Shown one piece after another: positions 52,281-59,898 of a stretch of DNA of 64,000 bases. The position numbers and the translations under genes were made by a program. Every line of letters begins with the position of its first letter. Position 1 is the first letter of the stretch. A model generated the notes under the pieces. It ran no database searches. It was not told where the DNA came from and worked only from the letters and a program-made list of their open reading frames with translations. Source of the stretch: an archaeon (GTDB lineage: Archaea > SpSt-1190 > DYHY01); assembly GCA_043803745.1 (NCBI GenBank), contig JAZDJS010000002.1:12235-76234 (forward strand), given 5' to 3'.

Positions 52281-52460
52281 TCAGGACTCGCTTTCCGGTT
52301 CCTCTTCCTCTTCAGGCTCGTCGTCCTCTTCCTCTTCAGGCGGTTCCCACTCTTCCCCTTTGTCATCATCATCAAGTTCGTCAGAGCCCCATTCGTCCTT
52401 TTCCCAGCTCTCGTCGCCGTCTTTCTTGGTTGTGTTCGTGCCTTCGCCTTTCGTCGCCAT
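52281..52460 (-). CDS. Unlisted 59-aa extremely acidic, Trp-containing small protein
   Basis: Hand translation gives MATKGEGTNTTKKDGDESWEKDEWGSDELDDDDKGEEWEPPEEEEDDEPEEEEEPESES, with ATG at 52460-52458 and TGA at 52283-52281. It falls just under the 60-aa track cutoff. The two listed ORFs here (52258..52485 +, 52274..52657 -) are poly-Ser and K/R-rich shadow frames of the same tract. Confidence 0.45.
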   Translation of the reverse strand: MATKGEGTNTTKKDGDESWEKDEWGSDELDDDDKGEEWEPPEEEEDDEPEEEEEPESES

Positions 52461-52546
52461 TTTGTCGCTCTTTTCACCAGCCTGATTTTTCCACGCAGGA
52501 ATAGCTTCCCTTTTAAGGGTTTCCCTGCAAACTGCCCGGAGGCTTT

Positions 52547-52594
52547 CAACGGGTTCTCCAACGGGTTCTCCAACGGGTTCCCCAACGGGTTCCC
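52547..52594. repeat. Perfectly phased 12-nt tandem repeat x4 (caacgggttctc x2, caacgggttccc x2)
   Basis: Units at 52547, 52559, 52571 and 52583. The array is intergenic and ends 28 nt upstream of the TATA-like box (TTTTTATTC, 52623-52631) of the wHTH gene at 52660. Confidence 0.9.
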
Positions 52595-52659
52595 CCGAAA
52601 GGACGCCCCGGATAAGACAAGCTTTTTATTCTCTTTCTGTGCGATATTCCTGAACACGG

Positions 52660-53022
52660 ATGATACGCGTCGAAATAATACGGAAGGTCAATTTTTCGGG
52701 TCGAGTCGGGGAAGAGGAGCTCCTGAAGCTTGTTTTCGGCCTGAGGGAAATAGAGGTCGCGACCTTCCGGACGGTCATAGTTTCCAAGGGGACTGTCGAT
52801 GTCGAGTCTGTTGCGCGGAGAATAGGGCGGGACAGGACGACTGCCCAGCGTTCCCTCTGTAATCTTGTTTCCGCCGGGCTGGTTTTGAGGACTGTGAAAC
52901 CCCACAGGAGGCTTTACTACACGTATGAGGCGGTTTCCGAGGAAAAGATAAAGGAAGCGCTTCGGGAATACGTGCGGAAACTCCACAGGGAGCTTTCCCA
53001 AAGCGTCGAGGAGTCGTTCTGA
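52660..53022 (+). CDS. Small winged-helix (TrmB/MarR-like) DNA-binding protein
   Basis: LKLVFGLREIEVATFRTVIVSKGTVDVESVARRIGRDRTTAQRSLCNLVSAGLVLR fits a helix-turn-helix-wing layout. The protein is 120 aa. Confidence 0.6.
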   Translation: MIRVEIIRKVNFSGRVGEEELLKLVFGLREIEVATFRTVIVSKGTVDVESVARRIGRDRTTAQRSLCNLVSAGLVLRTVKPHRRLYYTYEAVSEEKIKEALREYVRKLHRELSQSVEESF

Positions 53023-54798
53023 TTAGTAGCGCTCGTCAATTGTCGGAAGCATCCGTTTTCCCCCGCCAACCCCCTTTTTCCCGGAAGCACCCGTTTTCCC
53101 CCCGTCATCAAGCGCAGCAACTTTAACCAGGGCCAGGGTTTCCTTGCGCCTGTTTCCCCGAAGGTCCGCAATCAGAATCCCTATTGAAATTGCCGCGGAC
53201 AGTATTGAAAGTATTGCGACAAGGGTTTCGGTCTTGAAGGTGGCGAACTTGTACTTGATGAGTGCAATCGAAAGCTCGACCCTCGCGTTCGCAACCCGTA
53301 TGAGGGCAAGGTTGATTTCCCGCCTCAGCTGGCTTTGCACGGTAGAATTTTCCGCGGTTTCTATGCTGCCCCTTGCCTTTTCGAGGAAGAATCCGGCCCT
53401 CTCGAAATTCTGGTATATTCCAGTGAAATCCTGGCTGTTCACTCCCCTGAACGACGCGGTGCCGTTGACAAGATATTCAAGGGAGATTTTGCTTGCTTCA
53501 GCGGAGCGCCGGGAGTTTATCGCGACCTTCATCAGCTCGGAGTAGACCCTGTCGAACGTCTTCTCGATTGACTGCTTCAGTTTCAGCAGGAGCTCCCTTG
53601 CCCTCTGCAGGAGCCCGAGAGCCTCCGCCTCCCGTCCCTCCCTGAGCTTGTTCTTCGCTTCCTCAAGCAGGTCCTTTGCAATCCTTAAATCCTCGGTCCA
53701 TTCGGCAAATGCCCCGCCGAGGATTTCGGGAGCGTTCTCGGCAATCGGCTCGATTGTCCCGAGGAGTTCCTCGAGTTCTCCAAGCATTATCCCGGTAGTG
53801 TTGACATACCAGTCAAGATAGTTCTTGGATGTCGGGGAATAATACACAAGGCTCGAGTATGCTTCGTTTGCGAAACTTCTTGCGCCGTTCGCAGCGGAGG
53901 CGGCGGCCCCCGCAAAATAGCTTGCGTTCTCGAAGAGAGCCTGGTCGAATGAATATGAGGCGCTTCCGTACAGGTGAAGGGATTCGTTTGCCCCGCTTTC
54001 AGCCTGCAAAAGGCGGTATTCGGCGAAGCTTGTATCGAATCCCGCGGGCGCAAGCTCGAGGGCCTGTCTCACCTTCTCAATCAGTTTTTGGGCTTCGCTG
54101 AGCGCGAGAAGGGCCTGGTTGAGGGCGGTCGATGCGACAAGCTTCCTTTCCTGGTATTCCCGCACCACTTCAATGGTCGGATACTGGTAGAACCCCGAGA
54201 ATTCCACGCAGCCCGCTCCGCACCACAAGTAGTTCCCTCCGCTTGCGTTCACAACCCTTGCTTCGCACCTCACTTTGTAGCTCACCGGAACCCTTTGCTG
54301 GTAGCCGGGATTGTCCGAGGGCGCGACAATCTGCTCGAATCCTATTGTTGAGCGCGCCTCCTCGCCAACCGAAACCGGATTCAACCGGTCGGCTCCGTCA
54401 AGGGAATAGACGCAGGTCAGCGTCAGGTTTTCCGAGTTGATTACCGTTATCGTCGAGTTTGTCGCCTCCCCAGAAAGAAGGAGTTGGTTCTCGATGTCGG
54501 CTTCCGCTGAAAACGAGAGAGGCTCGCATATCGGATTGGAAAGGTTCGTTTTCGGGCAGTTGGAATTGCAGGGGAGCTCGCAGACCGAAGCGAATGCGGT
54601 CCCGAGAACAAGGAGCAGGAGGAGGGGGAGAAGAAGGAGGAGAAGGAAGCCCGGGAGACTGGTTTGGACCGCCCGCCTCCCTCTGAGGACCTTACTGGCT
54701 GGTTCTCTTCCCGTCCTCCGGACGAAGGATCTAAGTGTGTCAGACTGGAGCGGCCAAGTCATCGCGAACAGCTCCTCTACCCTGTATGGGTTCATCAT
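53023..54798 (-). CDS. Hypothetical bitopic envelope protein (N-terminal anchor, Cys-rich beta region, long helical region, C-terminal TM)
   Basis: FLLLLLLPLLLLLVLGTAFA anchor, CELPCNSNCPKTNLSNPIC, a helical A/E/L-rich middle and a C-terminal LVAILSILSAAISIGILIA. No family recognised. Confidence 0.55.
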   Translation of the reverse strand: MMNPYRVEELFAMTWPLQSDTLRSFVRRTGREPASKVLRGRRAVQTSLPGFLLLLLLPLLLLLVLGTAFASVCELPCNSNCPKTNLSNPICEPLSFSAEADIENQLLLSGEATNSTITVINSENLTLTCVYSLDGADRLNPVSVGEEARSTIGFEQIVAPSDNPGYQQRVPVSYKVRCEARVVNASGGNYLWCGAGCVEFSGFYQYPTIEVVREYQERKLVASTALNQALLALSEAQKLIEKVRQALELAPAGFDTSFAEYRLLQAESGANESLHLYGSASYSFDQALFENASYFAGAAASAANGARSFANEAYSSLVYYSPTSKNYLDWYVNTTGIMLGELEELLGTIEPIAENAPEILGGAFAEWTEDLRIAKDLLEEAKNKLREGREAEALGLLQRARELLLKLKQSIEKTFDRVYSELMKVAINSRRSAEASKISLEYLVNGTASFRGVNSQDFTGIYQNFERAGFFLEKARGSIETAENSTVQSQLRREINLALIRVANARVELSIALIKYKFATFKTETLVAILSILSAAISIGILIADLRGNRRKETLALVKVAALDDGGKTGASGKKGVGGGKRMLPTIDERY

Positions 54799-54839
54799 TC
54801 ACACTGGATCACCTTTGAAACGGGTTAATTAACTTTTCT

Positions 54840-55841
54840 TCAAATCAGCGTCGAGAGGCATCTTAAACCCTTCACAATCCTGTCCTCGTGAAGCGCCCCG
54901 ACATTCAGGAAGGCGAGGTCGTTCCCAAGCGAGGGATTCTCCGGGAAGAACAGGGTGCCCGGCAGGAAATTGACGCCTTCCATCCTCGCCGTCTGGAGGA
55001 TTTTCGGGGAATTTGGAATCTTCAGTCGGATGTGCCAACCTCCGGAAGGGGCGCCCGACTTGCACGCCCGGAGGTCGTCCTCCGCGATTTCCAAGGCGAT
55101 TTCGACCCGCTTCCGGTATAGCGAAAGTCCCCGCTTCCTAAAGTCCTCGATGCCGCCCGCCTCAAGCCATTTTTTCACTGCGAATTTCCCGAGGACCGTC
55201 GGGGCGGAAACCGCCGAAATCCTTTCGGCAAGTTCCTCGCTTGCCGAGAAAATCCCGAGCCCGATATTCGGAAGAAACTCCCCCGAGAAATCGGAAAAAT
55301 AAGCAACCCGCCCGGTTTCGTCAAAGGATTTTATCGGCGGCAGGGGCGACCCGAAAGAAAGGTTCCTTCCGCTTCCGTCCTCAAGTATGATGAAGTTGTT
55401 TTTCTCCGCAAGCTCGACAAGCGCCCGCCTCTCTCCGACCGGCAAAGTCTCTCCGGAAGGCAGGGAAACATCGGGTCTTACAAGAAGGCCCCCGAGAGAG
55501 CCTCCGGTTTTCAGGAAGCGTTCAAGCTCGCCAATTCCGGAGAAACCGGCGGACCCCGAAATTGCAACGGGGGAGGGCCTCATGATTCCCACCCTGCCGA
55601 GCGCAGGGAGGATTTTTGCTATGGGGTCGAAGAGGCCTGCCGTAAGCGCGAATTCCTCCCGCCTCACCCTGAAGGGCAGCGTCCTGAAAACGGCTTCCGG
55701 GAACTTCGGCGAATCCGGCTCCAGGTCGGAGACGAGAATCTCTGAAAACGCCGATTCCACGAACTCAACCGGCAGGAGGTTTCTGCTCCCCCAGCTCATC
55801 CCAAAATCAAATTCAATCCTTTCAAGCTCCGTAATCGGCAT
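54840..55841 (-). CDS. Aminotransferase class I/II-fold protein lacking the PLP-binding lysine (probable pseudoenzyme)
   Basis: LLVRPDVSLPSGETLPVGERRALVELAEKNNFIILEDGSGRNLSFGSPLPPIKSFDETGRVAYFSDFSGEFLPNIGLGIF is colinear with the canonical ...PtG..ms..rR..Ll.la.....iiEDDYd.ef.y......l...d...rViY.GtFSK.l.PglRlGy. In this protein SK is replaced by SG, RLG by GLG, and DDY by DGS. Confidence 0.55.
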   Translation of the reverse strand: MPITELERIEFDFGMSWGSRNLLPVEFVESAFSEILVSDLEPDSPKFPEAVFRTLPFRVRREEFALTAGLFDPIAKILPALGRVGIMRPSPVAISGSAGFSGIGELERFLKTGGSLGGLLVRPDVSLPSGETLPVGERRALVELAEKNNFIILEDGSGRNLSFGSPLPPIKSFDETGRVAYFSDFSGEFLPNIGLGIFSASEELAERISAVSAPTVLGKFAVKKWLEAGGIEDFRKRGLSLYRKRVEIALEIAEDDLRACKSGAPSGGWHIRLKIPNSPKILQTARMEGVNFLPGTLFFPENPSLGNDLAFLNVGALHEDRIVKGLRCLSTLI

Positions 55842-55850
55842 AGTTCAAGC

Positions 55851-57593
55851 TCACCTTTCCCCCTTTCTCGTTCTTTCCTGTATTTCGAAGAGCGACATTA
55901 TTTCCGAGACCGTCGTCGCGTCCCCGGGAAGCTTGTCCTCCCGCACGAATCCCTTGATTCTCGGGAATCTGAGGGCGAAGCCCCCGCCGGCGGAGTGCGT
56001 TGGACTGCGGGTTATCTCATCTGCCGCAACAGTCACGACATGGCGCGGAGAAACCCAAAAATCAGGAACAAGCCCGCTCTCAACGTTCTTGGGCTTTTCT
56101 TTGGACTTGCTTTTCTCAAGGAGTTCCGAGAACGCCTTCATTCCCTCCTCGCTGAAACCGGTGCCAACCTTGGCAATGCTCTTGAAAATGCCCTCCTTCT
56201 CGTCAAGGACTGCGACAAGAAGGCCCCCGAAGCCAAAGTTCGTCCTCTGGCCTTTCCCCCTGAAATAGCCTATTATTACCGCGTCGACAGTGTCGGAAAG
56301 CCCCTGCTCGGTATATGATTTTTTCATCTTTATCCATGCAAATTTCCGCGCTCCGGCGGAATATGGGGAATCCAACTTCTTTGCGATTATTCCCTCAAGC
56401 CCCCTCGAAACGACTTTCTGGAAGAACTCGTCAATGTCCTCCCCGGTCGAGGCTGGGATTGCCTCGCTTGGGGCGATTCCGCCGCCATTGGAAAAAAGCG
56501 CCTCTATTTTTTTCCGCCTTTCCGAAAACGGCTGCTTGGTGTAGTCGGTTCCGTCAAGATAAAGCAGGTCAAATGCGAAAAGCTTCAGCGGGCTTTTTTC
56601 GCTTGCCTCCTTCACTCCGTACTTCCGTTTCCTCCGGATTGTCTTCTGGAACGGCAGAAAATTCCCCTTTTCATCAGTCCCTATTGCTTCGCCCTCGAAT
56701 ATGACTTCGCTGGCGGGCAGTTTCCTGACGGAATCGACAATTTCCGGGAACATTTCAGTTGTCCGTTCAAGTGAGCGCGAGAATATCTCTATCCGGGAGC
56801 CCTTCTTGTGCACCTGCGCCCGGAAGCCGTCGTATTTGGCCTCGACGAGGCAGGCGCCTATCTTCCCTATTATCGCAGCCCCGCTCTCAAGCCTCTCCGC
56901 AAGGGCGGGCCTTATCGGGTTCCCGGGGAAAATTTCAAGGGCGGAAACCCCTTCAAGTCCGCTCTCGGAGAATTTTTCGGCAACAAGCCCGAGATCCGAG
57001 CACATGTTATAGGCTCCCTCAAGTTCGCCGCGCAGGCTCTTGTCTCCGGACTTCCAGAACGAGAGCGCGTCAAGTATTGTCGGGTCGCCGATTCCGAGGC
57101 GCAGCTTCCCGAGCGGCACCCTTGCAAGGTGTTTCGCTTCCGCAGGGGTTCTGCATCGTCCAAGCAGGCCTGCCAGCGTCCTTATTTTGTCGTCCTGGCT
57201 CCCTGTTCCGGATGAGCCTGCAAGGTTTCTGAGAACCGAGTAAACTTCCGAAAGCCCGAGTTTCTCGAGCTCGACAAGCGACCTCTGCCGTCCGCTCTCG
57301 GAGAATTTTTCGGCAACAAGCCCGAGATCCCCGAGCTTGCGGTATTCGGCTGAAATGACTTTGTCGGACCTTCCGGAGGAGATTGCGAGGGCCCTAACGA
57401 GGAGTTTTTCGCCAATTCCGAATTCTATTCCCTTGAAAGGCGGCTCCACAACCCCTTGCAGCAGGTAAACCGCTCCTCGGACTTCTTCGGTTTCCAGCCT
57501 GCCGAAGAACTCGGAAAGTATCGAGACCATTGCGTTGCGCGAGGGTTCCCTTTCAATCCTTTCCAAGGTTTCCGTGAATTCCGAAAATCTCAT
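55851..57593 (-). CDS. lig: ATP-dependent DNA ligase (archaeal/eukaryal Lig1 type)
   Basis: Motif I EAKYDGFRAQVH, FEGEAI, LFAFDLLYLDG, EGIIAKKLDSPY and WIKMKK. The OB-domain end is ...RFPRIKGFVREDK. The protein is 580 aa. Minus-strand CTATTAAAC lies about 26-34 nt upstream of the ATG. Confidence 0.95.
   Translation of the reverse strand: MRFSEFTETLERIEREPSRNAMVSILSEFFGRLETEEVRGAVYLLQGVVEPPFKGIEFGIGEKLLVRALAISSGRSDKVISAEYRKLGDLGLVAEKFSESGRQRSLVELEKLGLSEVYSVLRNLAGSSGTGSQDDKIRTLAGLLGRCRTPAEAKHLARVPLGKLRLGIGDPTILDALSFWKSGDKSLRGELEGAYNMCSDLGLVAEKFSESGLEGVSALEIFPGNPIRPALAERLESGAAIIGKIGACLVEAKYDGFRAQVHKKGSRIEIFSRSLERTTEMFPEIVDSVRKLPASEVIFEGEAIGTDEKGNFLPFQKTIRRKRKYGVKEASEKSPLKLFAFDLLYLDGTDYTKQPFSERRKKIEALFSNGGGIAPSEAIPASTGEDIDEFFQKVVSRGLEGIIAKKLDSPYSAGARKFAWIKMKKSYTEQGLSDTVDAVIIGYFRGKGQRTNFGFGGLLVAVLDEKEGIFKSIAKVGTGFSEEGMKAFSELLEKSKSKEKPKNVESGLVPDFWVSPRHVVTVAADEITRSPTHSAGGGFALRFPRIKGFVREDKLPGDATTVSEIMSLFEIQERTRKGER
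56957..57330. repeat. Exact 41-nt direct repeat inside lig, copies 333 nt (111 codons) apart
   Basis: gtccgctctcggagaatttttcggcaacaagcccgagatcc occurs at 56957-56997 and 57290-57330. Both copies encode DLGLVAEKFSESG. Confidence 0.9.
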
Positions 57594-57634
57594 TATTGCG
57601 CTTTCCAGCTCAAGGCGCGTTTAATAGCTTTTTT

Positions 57635-57745
57635 CTAGAAAACGACCCCGGTTTCCTTTCCTCGCCCGTATAAACAATTGGCTCGGAACCTCCCTCGCAT
57701 CCGCTCTGTCGGCTTCGCTTTCCTAGAAAACGACCCCGGTTTCCT
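57635..57745. repeat. 23-nt direct repeat: the 3' end of the acidic-protein gene is duplicated in the lig upstream spacer
   Basis: ctagaaaacgaccccggtttcct occurs at 57635-57657 and 57723-57745. The second copy covers the stop codon and the last codons (ETGVVF) of the 57723..57992 ORF. Confidence 0.85.
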
Positions 57746-57992
57746 CTTCGCTGCCCTTGGAAACTACGATTTCTCTTGCGCCGTCCTCTGAGGAGCCTTC
57801 GACGGAAGTTGCAATTGCAGGAACCCTGATTCTGACTGCGCGATGGTGCTTGAGCACAGCTTCGAGATCGATTATGAGCTCGTCCGCATCCTCGCCGAAC
57901 ATTTCTTCGAAATCGTCGTCGGCATCATCCTCGGAAAGGGGCTCGATTTTCATGAATTTTTCCGGAAATGCCGGCGAACTTGATTTGAACAT
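57723..57992 (-). CDS. Small acidic hypothetical protein (89 aa; may start at the internal Met, MKIEPLSEDDADDDFEEMFGEDADEL...)
   Basis: ATG ORF with minus-strand CTTAAAAAG about 20-28 nt upstream. It lies upstream of lig on the same strand. Confidence 0.5.
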   Translation of the reverse strand: MFKSSSPAFPEKFMKIEPLSEDDADDDFEEMFGEDADELIIDLEAVLKHHRAVRIRVPAIATSVEGSSEDGAREIVVSKGSEEETGVVF

Positions 57993-58053
57993 TTTCCACC
58001 CGAGCGCCCAGCCCTTTTTAAGACTTTATTGGCTCCGAATTCCAACTCTGCAG

Positions 58054-58734
58054 TCAACCGGGCGGTTGATTTTCAGCGGAGTCTATTATTTTCAGGATCC
58101 GGTCAAGTGCGCCCCTCCGGACAACCGCATCAGCAGCGGATTCAACGGAGAGGTCTTTCGGGTGGAACGCGATTCCCAGGCCCGCCGCCCTCAGAGCGTC
58201 AACATCGTTGTGCGAATCCCCGACGAAAATCGCCTCCGAAGCGGAAATGCCCTCCCGCTCGCACATGATCCGGAGGGCGCCGGCCTTCTTCCCCTGGTCG
58301 AACCTGGTCGCGCTCCAGCCGGAAATGAGGCCCCCCTTGAAGAAAACCCGATTTATGAAGACCTCATCAAACTTCACTTTCGGCAGCAGGGTTTCCACCA
58401 GGATATCCAGGCTTCCGGAAATTATCGCAATCTTGTATTTCCGTTTTTTCAACGCCGCCAGGAGCTTCTCGGTCCCGCCAGTCAGGTCAAGATTCCTTGC
58501 GACTTTCTGGAAATCCTTTTTGGTTACTTTGGCTTTCCTGAACTTTTCCAGGGTCCTGCCAACCCACGCAGCGTAGCTTATCCTTCCGGAGAAAAACTGC
58601 GAGCAGATTTTCCGGTTGAACTCCATCCCGCGCCGCCCCAGAAGCTCACTATGCAGGAGGTTCCAGTAGTTCCTCCTTCCCCTCCCGGTTATCAGCGTCC
58701 CGTCAACGTCGAAGCAGATCAGTTTGTATTCCAT
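58054..58734 (-). CDS. HAD-IB phosphatase (phosphoserine phosphatase SerB-like)
   Basis: LICFDVDGTL, IISGSL, and GKKAGALRIMCEREGISASEAIFVGDSHNDVDALRAAGLGIAFHPK. I prefer the ATG at 58734 (MEYKLICFD); the track start at 58791 is a TTG. An AT-rich box TAAAAGAATATATG lies about 30-43 nt upstream. Confidence 0.7.
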   Translation of the reverse strand: MEYKLICFDVDGTLITGRGRRNYWNLLHSELLGRRGMEFNRKICSQFFSGRISYAAWVGRTLEKFRKAKVTKKDFQKVARNLDLTGGTEKLLAALKKRKYKIAIISGSLDILVETLLPKVKFDEVFINRVFFKGGLISGWSATRFDQGKKAGALRIMCEREGISASEAIFVGDSHNDVDALRAAGLGIAFHPKDLSVESAADAVVRRGALDRILKIIDSAENQPPG

Positions 58735-58880
58735 CCTGAAGCCGGCTGCGGAAGCCGCGAGGATAAAAGAATATATGCTAGTTTTCGCCAATTATGCGCA
58801 TGGGAAAGAAAAAGAAGAAACGCCACTAAGCTTCTGATGGGCTCCCGGGGCGGGTTTTGTTTCTCTGCTCCGGCGGCGGG

Positions 58881-59045
58881 CTATTTTCTCTTCGGAACGA
58901 ATTCCTGACACGCGGGGTCGCTTGCAGCCGCAGGAAACCTGACCTTGAGCTTCGGGCTCTCACAGGTGAAGCTTTTCCAGGATGAGCAGTCCCCGCAGAC
59001 CTTGAGCCCGAGGGACCGCATCTCGTCCGCAGGCTTTTTCGGCAT
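58881..59045 (-). CDS. Unlisted 54-aa Cys-containing small protein (possible zinc-binding)
   Basis: Hand translation gives MPKKPADEMRSLGLKVCGDCSSWKSFTCESPKLKVRFPAAASDPACQEFVPKRK. The ATG lies 5 nt downstream of the trmB-like stop. Four Cys are present, including a C-x2-C pair. Confidence 0.35.
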   Translation of the reverse strand: MPKKPADEMRSLGLKVCGDCSSWKSFTCESPKLKVRFPAAASDPACQEFVPKRK

Positions 59046-59050
59046 TCCCG

Positions 59051-59844
59051 CTACTTGCCCGTCCAGACGTGGTTGAAGAGTTCCTTCATCGCCTTGACGA
59101 AATAGGGTGAATGCACCCAGACTGCCGTGTCGTAGATGTTGTGCACGTCCTTGTTCGAGAAGAGGGAGAAAACCGCCTCTTCCCCGTCCCGGAGGATTAT
59201 CCTTGCGTTGATTGACTTGGCAATCTTAAGCTCGGCAACCTTCGAAAGCTCCTTGTAGTATTGCTCGGTTTCCTTGAACGGGCCGGCAATCCTGATTTTC
59301 ACGCCCTTGCCCGAGGCATAAAGCAGGCGCTCGGAATGGAACTTTGCAAGGTGTTCCGCTTCCTCGGGAGTTGCAAGAATCTCAATTGCCTTCTTCGCCC
59401 CTCCGAGAAGGGAGTCTATCTGGTGGCTTATGCTCCTCCTTGAGCGGATTACCCCCGCTTTTTCGTGCTTTTCTACTAGCTGTTCGCCCTTCTTGTGGGC
59501 CTCGACAAGCTTCTGCGAAACGTCCGAGCTCTTCAGCTTGTCGATCAGCTTGCTCTGTTCGTCCATCTTCTTGTCGAAATTCACCTTCACCTGGGAAAGT
59601 ATTTCGTGGGGCGGGAGCGCGATGTACTTGACGGGCCTCTGCTCCCTCTTCGCGCTGATGAGCTTTTTTTGAAGGAGCGATTCGAGCACGTCATATGCGC
59701 GCGAGCGCGGAACCGCCGAGATTTCGGAGAGTTCGCCCGCGGTGGAAATCCCCTTGAAAGGAGGGCGAGCCAAAGCCGCGCCTCGTAAAGGTTAAGGTCG
59801 AAAATCCGCTTGACTTCTTCAATTATCCTCTCGTTGTGTATCAA
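59051..59844 (-). pseudogene. TrmB-family transcription regulator interrupted by a -1 frameshift at an A/T3 run (about 59757-59759)
   Basis: The 5' ORF (59587..59844) reads ...IIEEVKRIFDLNLYEARLWLALLSRG and then nonsense. The 3' ORF (59051..59773) reads ..FKGISTAGELSEISAVPRSRAYDVLESLLQKKLISAKREQRPVKYIALP plus a TrmB-like C-terminal domain. Adding one T to cctttc restores LALLFKGISTAGEL. Confidence 0.65.
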
Positions 59845-59898
59845 TTTCCTCTAATCCCTCTTCATTGTCGTTTCTTCTTTCGATGAGCCGCGCCCTTT

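Noticed and set aside
57757-58908. 383-aa plus-strand ORF
   Set aside because: It is antisense to the acidic mini-protein and the SerB-like HAD phosphatase, both of which have coherent motifs. The translation is P/R/S-rich.
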